A stretch of DNA of 64,000 bases from an uncultured bacterium (GCA_963696395.1 CAVOJZ010000002.1:720619-784618), one strand, 5' to 3'. Positions 29,543 through 39,503 are shown, counted from the first letter of the stretch. Program-made: numbers and translations. The notes: a model not told the origin generated them from the letters alone.

Positions 29543-31027
29543 ATGCGTTTGCGTTATCTGATTGCCGTGGTTATCGTGGTGTCGGCGCTCGCCGCCGCTC
29601 CGTTCGTCTTTCGACGGGTGAGCGCCGACTCTTCGCCGACGATTTCAGATGTCTCCTTGGCGAACGTCGGCGCCACGTCCACCGTGCTCACGTGGACGAG
29701 TGACGTGAAGACAGACAGTTATGTTGATGTGAGTCAGGATACCAATTACTGCGGAATCCGGAATTCCGGAGGGTTGGACACATCTCACAGTGTTGCCGTT
29801 CCAAACCTTGAACCCGATACAACCTATTTCTTCAGGATCCGCTCGACCGATGCGAATGGTAATCAGAGTTTTTCGGGCGATTACACATTCACAACAACAA
29901 GTACGGGGAATACGCCGAGCCTGAGTTCGATCGCGAATCCGCAGCAACAAAGCCTTGCCGCCAAGGCAATTTCAGCCATCCAACAGATCGCGAGCCCGCA
30001 GGCATTGAGCGCCGTACAGCAATCACTTAATGCGCAGGCAAGCCAGGTGGTTGGGCCGCCAAAAATTTTAGGAAACCCTCAAATTGACATTGGAACCGAT
30101 CAAGCGACGATATCATGGAATACGGATGAGAATGCGAATGGGGTGGTTTATATCGCTTCAGACGCGGAATACAGTCCGGGTTCCTCGAACCCTTATTCGC
30201 GCGAAGAGCAGGACACGAACGACAGCACTCAATCGCACCAGGTTGTCGTGTACGGGTTGAACCCTTCAACGCTCTACCATTACCAGGTTTCCTCGCAGGG
30301 ATCGCTTGGCGATGCCGGAACAAGCGGAGATCTCACATTCACAACGAAAGCGGTTCTGCCAAACATTTTGAATCCGCACCTCGTAAAGGTGGGCGAGCAT
30401 GATGCGACAGTGAGTTGGGGCACGCCCCTGCCTTCTGCCGGGACGGTGACTTACGAAAACCTCTCAACAAGACAATCGGCCTCCGTTGGCGACCCGTCAT
30501 TCCTCGTGACCCACATCATCCAGCTCACCAATCTCATTTTCCAAACACGATATTCATTGACGATCCAGGCGACGAATCAGGCGGGGGATATTGTCACGAG
30601 CCAGCCGCTATATTTTGTAACAACAAAAAATATTATCCCGCCGATTATCTCGCAGGTTAATAACGATTCGACGCTCTATCCGGGGCAGGATACGACGGTT
30701 CAAACGGTGATTTCCTGGCAAACCGACGAACCGGCATCATGCAATCTTTCCTACGTGACGGGCGGCGCGACTGCGGAGGCGGATGTTGTCTCGTCAACGC
30801 CGGAAGCTGCATTTCTCACGAAACATGTGGATGTGGTCACTAACTTCGAGCCGGCAACCGTTTATAAGTATTGGGTTACGTGCACGGATACCGATGGAAA
30901 TACGACAAGCTCGGAGGATTTCGTCTTGCTTACGCCGGAACAGCAAAAGAGCATCGTTGACCTTATTATCGACAACTTTAAAGGTACGTTTGGCTGGTTG
31001 AATGGTGTCGGCGGCGCAAAAAAATAA
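29543..31027 (+). CDS. Secreted protein with about 4 FN3-like repeats
   Basis: Repeated (I/L).W.T/SD...H.V....L.P.T.Y.(F/Y). Confidence 0.8.
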   Translation: MRLRYLIAVVIVVSALAAAPFVFRRVSADSSPTISDVSLANVGATSTVLTWTSDVKTDSYVDVSQDTNYCGIRNSGGLDTSHSVAVPNLEPDTTYFFRIRSTDANGNQSFSGDYTFTTTSTGNTPSLSSIANPQQQSLAAKAISAIQQIASPQALSAVQQSLNAQASQVVGPPKILGNPQIDIGTDQATISWNTDENANGVVYIASDAEYSPGSSNPYSREEQDTNDSTQSHQVVVYGLNPSTLYHYQVSSQGSLGDAGTSGDLTFTTKAVLPNILNPHLVKVGEHDATVSWGTPLPSAGTVTYENLSTRQSASVGDPSFLVTHIIQLTNLIFQTRYSLTIQATNQAGDIVTSQPLYFVTTKNIIPPIISQVNNDSTLYPGQDTTVQTVISWQTDEPASCNLSYVTGGATAEADVVSSTPEAAFLTKHVDVVTNFEPATVYKYWVTCTDTDGNTTSSEDFVLLTPEQQKSIVDLIIDNFKGTFGWLNGVGGAKK

Positions 31028-31028
31028 T

Positions 31029-32339
31029 ATGATTGAGCCGATAATCAAAGTTAACAATATCAAGGTTATTTACAATGAGGGTAAGGCAAACGAATACGAT
31101 GCATTGCGCGGGGAGAGTTTGGAAATTTATCCGAATGAATACATTATTCTTTTCGGGCCGTCTGGCTGTGGCAAATCAACGCTTCTCTACTCTCTGCTCG
31201 GCATTCTCCCGCCGACATCCGGCGAGGTGCTCGTCAAAAATGAAAATCCGTACAAGTACAACGTTAAGCAGATGGTCCGATTCCAACGGTCCACGGTCGG
31301 AATCATTTATCAATCGTTCAACCTGATTCCATCGCTCAGTGTGCTCGACAACGTTGCGTTGCCGCTCATCTTCGCCGGCATTCCGAAGGCGGAACGCGAC
31401 CGGCGGGGGATGCAACTTTTGAAACGGTTCGGCGTTGACCAGCAAGCGCATAAACTTTCAACAAATCTTTCCGGAGGACAATCTCAGCGCGTGGCTGTCG
31501 CGCGGTCGCTCGTGAACGATCCGGAAATTCTTTTCGCTGATGAGCCCGTCGGAAACCTGGACTCGTTGTCATCCGACCAGGTTATGGGCACGCTTGAGGA
31601 GATCAATATAAAAGATCGGAAAACGGTTATTCTCGTAACCCACGATGCAAAGTTATTGCCTTATGCCCATCGCGTTTATTATCTGCGCGATGGACAGGTG
31701 GAACGCGAAGTGATCAACCCCGAGAAAAAACAAATCAAACAGACCGACCCGGGGACATCGGTGCTTTCTGAAATTGAAAAACTTGCCCGTATTTATCCGT
31801 ATGCGTCGCCTCAGGAGCTCCGCGTGAAGAGCGTTGTTAATTTTTTGACCCAGGACGTCGGCTATGACCAGATTGAGCGTCTCGAAAAATGCGTGGGAAT
31901 GTATATAGACGGCAAGTTGAACGACGCCGGATTTGTCGAACATCTCACGAAAAACATCGAAATGGGCGGCCCCGAAATTAAGAAAGATCGGGCTGATTTG
32001 TTTTTGGAAAAAATTAACATTATCCTGAAGGAAGCTCGGGAAATCAGGGTTTACCGAGATAATTTCAGTGCCCGAGTCGCTTCCCCCCGGCAGGCCGACC
32101 GGATTGCCGAAGTCCGACAGGAAATTATGCGGGAATGCGGCTTCTCCCTGTCGCCGGAACAAATTGCCCGGTTCGATGAGTTGTTGAAATTCCGCATCCG
32201 CGGATTTATTCAGCAGGAGGATATGCGCAGACGGCTTGAGGGAAAGTTTGAAGATGACGGCATCGGCCTCAATCCCGACATTGCAAGAGAATCCTCGCGT
32301 TACCTTGAAAAGTTATTGGGCCAGGGCATGTACATATAA
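31029..32339 (+). CDS. LolD/MacB-type ABC ATPase with a roughly 200-aa C-terminal extension
   Basis: GPSGCGKST, QSFNLI, LSGGQ, ADEPVGNLD, VTHD. Confidence 0.88.
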   Translation: MIEPIIKVNNIKVIYNEGKANEYDALRGESLEIYPNEYIILFGPSGCGKSTLLYSLLGILPPTSGEVLVKNENPYKYNVKQMVRFQRSTVGIIYQSFNLIPSLSVLDNVALPLIFAGIPKAERDRRGMQLLKRFGVDQQAHKLSTNLSGGQSQRVAVARSLVNDPEILFADEPVGNLDSLSSDQVMGTLEEINIKDRKTVILVTHDAKLLPYAHRVYYLRDGQVEREVINPEKKQIKQTDPGTSVLSEIEKLARIYPYASPQELRVKSVVNFLTQDVGYDQIERLEKCVGMYIDGKLNDAGFVEHLTKNIEMGGPEIKKDRADLFLEKINIILKEAREIRVYRDNFSARVASPRQADRIAEVRQEIMRECGFSLSPEQIARFDELLKFRIRGFIQQEDMRRRLEGKFEDDGIGLNPDIARESSRYLEKLLGQGMYI

Positions 32340-32349
32340 TTTTTATATC

Positions 32350-33555
32350 ATGAGAGCAATTGATGCATTAAAACTTTCGACGAGAATGTTCAAGACGAAT
32401 CCTGCGAGGACCTGGCTTACGATTCTCGGCATGGGCGTCGGCACGTCGGCCGTTGTGATGCTCGTCGGTCTTGGTTTTGGCTTGCAAAACATTCTTCTCG
32501 AGAAAATTGTTTTCGGGGACACCTTGCTCAGCCTCACGGTGACCAATCCGCCCTCGAACGCGGTCACGCTGAACGATGCGACCCTCGCCGAATTCAAAGC
32601 GATACCAAACGTGAACGATGTTTCACCGCTCGCGGATTTTTCTTCCGTTGTGACGTTCAACGGGTTGAGCGCCAACACGGATCTTCAGGGCGTCCAGGCG
32701 TCATATTTTAAATATGCCGGCATCGCGATGGCGGCAGGGAAGTCATTCACAGACAGTCCCGGTGACGGAAACGATATTATTCTTTCGAGCGCCGCACTTC
32801 AGTTATTCGGTGTCACCGACCCGAATCAGATTTTAGGGAAACCGGTATCATTCCGTGTCATCGCGTCGGCGGTTGGAACGTCGGGCTCGGCTGACCAGGT
32901 TCCGTTAAACGGCAATTTTACCGTGACCGGCGTGACGAACGATGCAGCGGCAATTTATGCCATGATTCCGCTTGCGACGCTTTCGTCGCAAGTCGGCATC
33001 ACCTCCTATGATAAGGTTCAGGTCCGCGTATCGGCTAGCGGTTTTTTGAACGACGTGCAAACGGCAATTGTCGCGGCTGGATTCGTTGTTTCTGCACTTT
33101 CAAAGACCGTCGATCAGGCAAATCAAATTTTTAGCGGTGTCCAGGCGGTGCTTGCCGGCTTCGGTGGTATCGCTCTCGTCGTCTCCGCAATCGGTATGTT
33201 TAACACCATGACCGTTACGCTGCTTGAGCGTACAAACGAAATTGGTGTTATGCGCACGCTCGGTGCGTCTCCGCGCGACATCCAGATTCTGTTTTTGTCG
33301 GAAGCGGTTGTTGTGGGATTCCTTGGGGGAATGACTGGCATGGCTATGGGCATCGCCGGAGGTCTCATCATAAATTACCTTCTCAATCTTGTTGCTGCGC
33401 ATTATGGGGGGGCAGCAGTAGCCCTTTTTGCCTTCCCGGGAACGTTTTTGGGGTTTATCACATTCTTTTCCGCAATCGTCGGCTTTATCACAGGAATTTT
33501 CCCTGCTCGCCGCGCGTCATCAATTAGCCCACTTGAGGCCATCCGCTACAAGTAA
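32350..33555 (+). CDS. MacB/FtsX-family ABC permease
   Basis: R..LT.LG..VG, large extracytoplasmic domain, GMFNTM...LERT.EIGVMR.LGA, PARRAS.ISP.EAIRY. Confidence 0.9.
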   Translation: MRAIDALKLSTRMFKTNPARTWLTILGMGVGTSAVVMLVGLGFGLQNILLEKIVFGDTLLSLTVTNPPSNAVTLNDATLAEFKAIPNVNDVSPLADFSSVVTFNGLSANTDLQGVQASYFKYAGIAMAAGKSFTDSPGDGNDIILSSAALQLFGVTDPNQILGKPVSFRVIASAVGTSGSADQVPLNGNFTVTGVTNDAAAIYAMIPLATLSSQVGITSYDKVQVRVSASGFLNDVQTAIVAAGFVVSALSKTVDQANQIFSGVQAVLAGFGGIALVVSAIGMFNTMTVTLLERTNEIGVMRTLGASPRDIQILFLSEAVVVGFLGGMTGMAMGIAGGLIINYLLNLVAAHYGGAAVALFAFPGTFLGFITFFSAIVGFITGIFPARRASSISPLEAIRYK

Positions 33556-33575
33556 GCTGGGCTTTGTGGCTCACT

Positions 33576-33618
33576 TGTGGATAACCGGTCTTTTTCTGGG
33601 GATAGCATAGGGTATAAT
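33576..33618 (+). promoter_or_regulatory. DnaA-box-like TGTGGATAA (33576-33584) and TATAAT (33613-33618)
   Basis: Exact motifs upstream of ATG 33629. Confidence 0.55.
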
Positions 33619-33628
33619 TATAGTAATT

Positions 33629-35458
33629 ATGAATCCTTTCGGATCACGAGGGAAAGTTGCGGTTTCAATCATTGTTTTTGCGTTTATGGTGGCCGCCGCT
33701 ATTTTGGTTACCACTTTTTGGGGGAGCGATTCGATTCGGCATGCCCGGTTTGCTTTGGCGCAAAGTACGGCAACAACAACCGTAAACATTCTGAATACGC
33801 CGCCGAACTGGACAGAAAATCCGTTTGAGAATCCAGTATCCTCAACTTCGTCGCCTACGAATGCCGGCAATCCTGTCACGTGGTACGCCATCGGCACCGA
33901 TCCTAATAGTGATGCCTATTACCTGCTTCTTTGTAAAAATAGCAGTACGCCGACCGCGGCAAACGGCGCGGCTCCGAGTTGCGCTGGCGGCGCAGGAAAT
34001 CAATGGGCGGTTTCCACTTCAACGGTGAGCGGATCCACCTCAACGGTTTCATACGTCACGTCTTCAACCGATCCTCAGATCGATCCATGGTTTGCATGGA
34101 TCTGCGATGGCAATGCGGGCGGTGCGCAATGTAATGGAACCTACCAGCAAGGCTCAGGCTCTTCCGGATCTCCGTTCGTGGTAAATCATCGGCCGAACTT
34201 TTCAAGTTTTTCAAACAATTCTCCGGCGGTTCCTGGAGCGGTAGTGACATGGTCAACGACTGCGTCCGATACCGATAACTTTACGGGAGCAACCGACACC
34301 GTTCAGCTTTTCGTATGTAAAGCAAACGATTTCACGGGAACGTCCTGCGGTGGCGGAGGAACATTCTGTTCTTCGACGGCGTCGCTGGTGAATCCAAGCT
34401 GCTCGAGTACAATTGCAATTCCTACTCAGGACAAAGGATATTCATCTTACGGCTATGTTATCGACCAGCACCAGTTTGCGGCTTTAGGTGGAGCTGAAGG
34501 AACGAACGCAACCGAAACGGTAAGCGCGGTCGCGCCAACCATCGCTTCTTCGAGTATCAACCTTTTGAATGTCGGAGGTTCAAGCACTCCGCTTACGTTA
34601 ACGAATCCCGGCGGACAAACAACCGGGTTTCAGGTGACATTCACCGCGTCGGACAATAATAGTTGCTTGAATCCGCTTGGTGGCCAGGAAGTTGCAACGG
34701 CGAGCATCGACGTTTTCCGAACCGGGGTCGGTCTTGGAAGCTGTTCGTCAACGGGAAATTATAATGCGAATAATTGTTATCCGGCCGCCGTCGGTACAAC
34801 AACATGGGCTTTTAGCTGTTCGCAGAATGTAGGTTCGTGTTCGGGATCGAGCTCTATAACATCACAATGGACATGCACGTTCCCGCTCTGGTATGTCGCT
34901 GATCCAACGGATGGAACAGCCACAAGCACTCAATACTACAACCAGGCTTGGGCGGCAGCCGTGCAGGCAACGAATTATCTTGGCACCACAAGTACGATAA
35001 CGCAGGGCGCAACCACGAATACCGTCTTGAGTTTCCTTGCGTCACAGCTGAATACGCCGGCGATTAGTTTCGGAGCTTTGCCTCCGGGTTCGACGACTCC
35101 GACGCTTGCCGCCACAACTACGATGTCCGAGCTGGGTAATCTTGGCTTAAACGAGACGTTGTACGGCGTTGATATGTGCCCGACCTATCCTGGTTGCCCG
35201 TCTTCACCGACGTCAACTATTCCGGCTGGATCGATTGCTTATGCAAGCTCGGCTGTTGCATACGCTTTGGGAAACAGCCTGGCCTATAACCCGGGCAACC
35301 TCTTTGCAATCCAGATTCCGAAATCAACCTCAACCGCGACGTCATCGCTTGGCACGACATTCTGGGGACTTTCGGTTCCGGGAACGATCCAATTATCGGG
35401 AGCCTACACCGGCCAGAACACGTTCATCGCAGTCCGCAGCGCGCCGGGCGCATGGTAG
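33629..35458 (+). CDS. Secreted Cys-rich protein with C-terminal WxL/fimbrial-like domain
   Basis: N-terminal TM/signal; many paired Cys; C-terminal ISFGAL.PG...GNLGLNETLYG.DM...WGLSVP...GAYTGQNTFIAV matches the 26980 C-terminus. Confidence 0.78.
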   Translation: MNPFGSRGKVAVSIIVFAFMVAAAILVTTFWGSDSIRHARFALAQSTATTTVNILNTPPNWTENPFENPVSSTSSPTNAGNPVTWYAIGTDPNSDAYYLLLCKNSSTPTAANGAAPSCAGGAGNQWAVSTSTVSGSTSTVSYVTSSTDPQIDPWFAWICDGNAGGAQCNGTYQQGSGSSGSPFVVNHRPNFSSFSNNSPAVPGAVVTWSTTASDTDNFTGATDTVQLFVCKANDFTGTSCGGGGTFCSSTASLVNPSCSSTIAIPTQDKGYSSYGYVIDQHQFAALGGAEGTNATETVSAVAPTIASSSINLLNVGGSSTPLTLTNPGGQTTGFQVTFTASDNNSCLNPLGGQEVATASIDVFRTGVGLGSCSSTGNYNANNCYPAAVGTTTWAFSCSQNVGSCSGSSSITSQWTCTFPLWYVADPTDGTATSTQYYNQAWAAAVQATNYLGTTSTITQGATTNTVLSFLASQLNTPAISFGALPPGSTTPTLAATTTMSELGNLGLNETLYGVDMCPTYPGCPSSPTSTIPAGSIAYASSAVAYALGNSLAYNPGNLFAIQIPKSTSTATSSLGTTFWGLSVPGTIQLSGAYTGQNTFIAVRSAPGAW

Positions 35459-35577
35459 TCTTTTATACACGGGATTTCCCCATTACAGAAAAAGCGTGTG
35501 TTTGTGTGGTATTATTACGTGAGGAGTCGGACGGGCTTGGAAGCTGACCCGGTTTTATTTTTTTCGGCGACGTCGCG

Positions 35578-36600
35578 ATGAAAAAAAGCTTTTCTATAAT
35601 TGCAGGGGTGCTCACTGTGACAGGATTTTGGGCAGTGGCGTTGATGCCAGCCTTGCGCGCGCAGGCGGACGGGTTTGGAATTACGCCGCCATACGTGACG
35701 AATGACCAGCTCACGCAAAATTCTGAATATGATCAGACGATTATTTTGGTACGGAGCAATCCGACACAAGACCTTCAAGCGAAGGTCTCTATTAATGTAC
35801 CGGGCGCAAATAACTGGATCACGATAGATCGAGGTACGCAATTCGTGCTTCCCGCAGGGACTCAGCAGGAGCCCATGATTGTGAGCGTGAAAGTTCCGGG
35901 AGATGCAAAGCTCGGAAATTATTCGGGGAATATTCAGGTGGTTGTTTCGCCGCTTGCAGGACCAAGCAAGGGAACGGTAGGCATCACGATCGGCGCTCAG
36001 ATAGATGTGAATCTCCAGGTGATCGATAGCCACAGCGCAAAGCTCGCTGTCCGGCGGGTTATCATGCAAAATACCGAGGTGGGACACACGTGGTGGTGGA
36101 TGCATTTTCCGGGAAAAATCATTTTCTCAATGGATTTGAATAATTCCGGAAATATATCCGGAGCACCTGGTAGGGTGGTGTTCCAATATCAGGTTTATCT
36201 TACGGGGAACACGCTCGAAACCGAACAAAACACGAACGGTCTCGATTCGGTTGCGCCGTTTCAGGCAAAGACCGTAATAGCCGAAATGCCGACGTATTTG
36301 CCGCAAGGCAGTTATAGGGTTTTTTATCAGATTTATGGACCAAACAACACGGATATTATCGGCCAGGGGAATTTGGATCTCGCTGTTTTGCCGGCCGGAA
36401 CGCTTGCGGGATATATAGGATATAATTTCTGGGGACTCCGGTGGAGCGAGAAGCTCATGACCTTTGGTATCATCATCCTTATTCTGCTCGTCCTCTACGG
36501 TATCTATGCGGGCATCCGCCTGTTTATTCGAAAGACTCGGCGGGGCGGGAGAAAAGGCAGGATACCAACGCCGCCCTCACCTCCGAGCCATTATCGTTAG
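35578..36600 (+). CDS. DUF916-like membrane-anchored protein 4
   Basis: FGITPP...NWI...VKVPGDAKLGNYSG; NSGNI; GSYRV; C-terminal TM and basic tail. Confidence 0.68.
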   Translation: MKKSFSIIAGVLTVTGFWAVALMPALRAQADGFGITPPYVTNDQLTQNSEYDQTIILVRSNPTQDLQAKVSINVPGANNWITIDRGTQFVLPAGTQQEPMIVSVKVPGDAKLGNYSGNIQVVVSPLAGPSKGTVGITIGAQIDVNLQVIDSHSAKLAVRRVIMQNTEVGHTWWWMHFPGKIIFSMDLNNSGNISGAPGRVVFQYQVYLTGNTLETEQNTNGLDSVAPFQAKTVIAEMPTYLPQGSYRVFYQIYGPNNTDIIGQGNLDLAVLPAGTLAGYIGYNFWGLRWSEKLMTFGIIILILLVLYGIYAGIRLFIRKTRRGGRKGRIPTPPSPPSHYR

Positions 36601-36629
36601 GTGCCTGTTGTAAATAAAAAAGACGAATC

Positions 36630-37760
36630 ATGTTGAGCGGCTTTAAGAAGCTTTTGGTTTTATTATGCTTTGCGGTAATTTGCACACTTTTCACTGTGCC
36701 TTTTGCACGCGCCCAGTTTACAGCTTCAACAACAGTCAATATCAGCGTCTGCGGCAACGGCATCGTGGAGCCACCGCTTGAGGTTTGTGATGATGGCGTG
36801 AACAACGGGCAATACGCAACGTCTGCGGCCGGCCGAAATTGCTTGCCCGATTGCAGCGGCTGGGGACCATACTGCGGCGACGGAATTCTGCAGCCTTTGT
36901 TCGGTGAACAGTGTGATGACGGTAATAATATTTCCGGTGACGGATGTTCTGCAACATGTCAAATTGAGTCACTCCAACAAACCGGAGGCGGCGGAGGCGG
37001 CGGGGGAGGCGGGGGAATTTCCGGCGGCACATTTACGGAACCGAACCCCACCGAAGTGATCATTAAAGGGAAGGCATATCCTGGCTCGAGCGTAAGTATT
37101 CTCGACGACGGTACAACGATCGGCGTTGTCCAGGCGGATACCAGCGCCAATTTCTATTTTTCAACGACTAACATTTCTCCGGGCGTCGCAACGTTCGGAT
37201 TTTGGGCACAGGATTCGCAAGGCCTAAAATCAATCGCCCTCACGACCACGGTGACCATAACCGCCAACGCGGCGACAACGATCTCGGGAGAGTTCTTGCC
37301 GCCGACGATTGCGATTGATAAGCGCCAAATAGCGAAAGGTAATATTCTTACAATCTCCGGGCAATCGGTGCCGTCGGCAACCGTCGAGACCTATATCCAT
37401 TCCGGAAACCAAATTATGCTTGCGACGAGCACTGATGCAAGCGGCAATTGGAAGATCCTTTTCGACACAAAGCCGCTCGATAACAACCAGCTCCATACCG
37501 TGGATGCGGATTTTGTAACCACCGACAACGGCGCCGTGGCGCGCAGCGAAATAAGCCAATCGCTGTCGTTTTTTGTCGGTTCAGGCAGTGCCGGGAAAAG
37601 CTATCTCGCCGACCTGAACGGCGACGGCAAGGTGAATCTCGCCGATTTTTCCATATTGCTCTATTATTGGGGCACAAGCACCCCGCTTGCCGACCTCAAT
37701 GGCGACGGTAAGGTGGATTTGCAAGACCTGAGCATATTGCTGTATTACTGGACCGGCTGA
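36630..37760 (+). CDS. Secreted dockerin-domain protein 2 with Myxococcus-type Cys-rich repeats (DUF4215-like)
   Basis: CGNGIVE..EVCDDG and [28 protein letters not shown]; poly-Gly; ADLNGDGKV x2. Confidence 0.85.
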   Translation: MLSGFKKLLVLLCFAVICTLFTVPFARAQFTASTTVNISVCGNGIVEPPLEVCDDGVNNGQYATSAAGRNCLPDCSGWGPYCGDGILQPLFGEQCDDGNNISGDGCSATCQIESLQQTGGGGGGGGGGGISGGTFTEPNPTEVIIKGKAYPGSSVSILDDGTTIGVVQADTSANFYFSTTNISPGVATFGFWAQDSQGLKSIALTTTVTITANAATTISGEFLPPTIAIDKRQIAKGNILTISGQSVPSATVETYIHSGNQIMLATSTDASGNWKILFDTKPLDNNQLHTVDADFVTTDNGAVARSEISQSLSFFVGSGSAGKSYLADLNGDGKVNLADFSILLYYWGTSTPLADLNGDGKVDLQDLSILLYYWTG

Positions 37761-37868
37761 TAATCCAGACTTGAAACTTTTCGGACCGCTCGTACGTATG
37801 TACTGATGCGGCAGAGCTCGTTTTATGATTAGGGTCGATGCCGTATGAAAAAAAACTATATAACTCTT

Positions 37869-38705
37869 ATGAACAAAAATATCGCTATACTTTTGACAGC
37901 AGTGGGATTTGTTGCGAGTTTTGCGGTGGTTGCCCCGGTATTCGCGCAAACGCAGGCTCAGGGACATCTTAATATACCGAACGGTATGAATTTCCGCTTC
38001 GGGATGCATGGCGGTCTCACGAACGGATTTATGCCGGGCGTGTTTGGTACGGTGAGTGCCATTAATGGTACGACGCTTACCGTGACAAGCAAGGTGAGGC
38101 CGAATGCAACAACAACGTCACCGATGGTGTATACCATTGATGCGAGCAATGCAACGGTAATGAAGAATGGCACCAGCTCCAGCATCTCAAGCGTCGCTAC
38201 GGGGGACATGGTCATGGTGCAGGGTACGGTGAGTGGATCAAACGTCACGGCGACGATGATCCGGGACGGCGTCGGTATGACGGGCAGGGGCGGTTTCAGC
38301 TTTCCGGGAAGGGCAACTTCAACGGCAACAAACGCTACGCCACCTATCCAGGGCAACGGTGAGCCCGTAATCGGAGGCAGCGTGACCGCGATTAACGGAT
38401 CGACACTGACTGTAACGAACGCAAGTAATGTCACCTATACGATTGATGTATCAAATGCAAAGATCGTAAAGAACGGCGTGACGTCAACGGTCTCGGCTGT
38501 CGCGACTGGCGACAATGTTATCGTGCAGGGCACGGTAAACGGCACGTCTGTAGTTGCGTCGTCCGTTATTGATCAAGTCAAGACGGGTGGTAATGGAAAC
38601 GGAACGCCGAACACAGCTCTTCCAGCCAACGCCTCGCCGACCCGCATCAATTTCGGATTCTTGGGATCCATCGGGAGTTTCTTCAAGCGCATTTTCGGCT
38701 TCTAG
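37869..38705 (+). CDS. Secreted DUF5666-like protein (two OB-like repeats)
   Basis: Two copies of G.V.AING.TLTVT...YTID.SNA...KNG......VATGD.V.VQGTV.G..V.A. The start could be 37845. Confidence 0.78.
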   Translation: MNKNIAILLTAVGFVASFAVVAPVFAQTQAQGHLNIPNGMNFRFGMHGGLTNGFMPGVFGTVSAINGTTLTVTSKVRPNATTTSPMVYTIDASNATVMKNGTSSSISSVATGDMVMVQGTVSGSNVTATMIRDGVGMTGRGGFSFPGRATSTATNATPPIQGNGEPVIGGSVTAINGSTLTVTNASNVTYTIDVSNAKIVKNGVTSTVSAVATGDNVIVQGTVNGTSVVASSVIDQVKTGGNGNGTPNTALPANASPTRINFGFLGSIGSFFKRIFGF

Positions 38706-38709
38706 AAAC

Positions 38710-38768
38710 AAAATAAAAACCGCCGTCCCCGCGCGTGAGGCGCCGCCGGACGGCGGTTTTTTTATTTT
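38710..38768. terminator. Intrinsic terminator ending the surface locus
   Basis: aaaaaccgccgtcc ... ggacggcggttttttt. Confidence 0.8.
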
Positions 38769-38826
38769 AAGAGAAGTGTGGGCGGGGAAATGGCAATCGA
38801 TTCCGTATAGTATAATGAATGAAACA

Positions 38827-39450
38827 ATGACATATAAAACACTGATAACCAGGGAGTGGGTGAGATCATTTCTCGTTGCCCTGATTCTCTTGGGGCTCGC
38901 GATTGTGTTCCAGTTTTATGCATCCAACTATTCGAGCCGCGTTTCGAGTAATTTTGTGCACGATATCCTTCTCGACAACCTTCCAATCGTTAATTTGAAT
39001 CTTATCATCATCGAAGGAGCGCTCGCAGCCATTGTCGTGAGCATCATCCTCTTGCTCTATAAACCCGAATATATCGTATTCACTATTAAAGCGGTTGCCA
39101 TATTTATAGCGACAAGAGCTGTCTTTGTCGCTTCGACTCATCTTGGTATTTATCCCGGACAGATTAATCCCGATACGGGTTTTTTTGATCGCATCTATAC
39201 CGGACTTGGCCTTGAGGCCGGGTTTTTCTTTTCAGGGCACACAGGATTGCCATTTCTCATGGCGCTGATTTTCTGGGACGAGAAAATATGGCGTTATTGC
39301 TACCTTGCCATCTCGATTATTTTTGGCATATCGGTGCTGTTTGCCCACGTGCATTACACGATAGACGTCCTCGCCGCCCCGTATATGACCTATTCAATTT
39401 ATAAGCTATCCCAATACTTTTTTGCCGAAGATTTTAAAGCATTGCCTTAG
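38827..39450 (+). CDS. PAP2-superfamily (sphingomyelin-synthase-like) membrane phosphatase/phosphotransferase
   Basis: FFFSGHTG and HVHYTIDV catalytic motifs, multiple TMs; TATAAT at 38811-38816. Alternative start 38815. Confidence 0.8.
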   Translation: MTYKTLITREWVRSFLVALILLGLAIVFQFYASNYSSRVSSNFVHDILLDNLPIVNLNLIIIEGALAAIVVSIILLLYKPEYIVFTIKAVAIFIATRAVFVASTHLGIYPGQINPDTGFFDRIYTGLGLEAGFFFSGHTGLPFLMALIFWDEKIWRYCYLAISIIFGISVLFAHVHYTIDVLAAPYMTYSIYKLSQYFFAEDFKALP

Positions 39451-39462
39451 GGGTTTGCTCGA

Positions 39463-39503
39463 GCATAAAAAAACAGCCTTCATCAAAGGCTGTTTTTTTA
39501 TGC
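39463..39503. terminator. Bidirectional terminator
   Basis: gcataaaaaaacagcctt-catca-aaggctgtttttttatgc. Confidence 0.88.

Noticed and set aside
7893-37760. Cellulosome
   Set aside because: Single cohesins only, and the dockerin proteins have no catalytic CAZyme domains.
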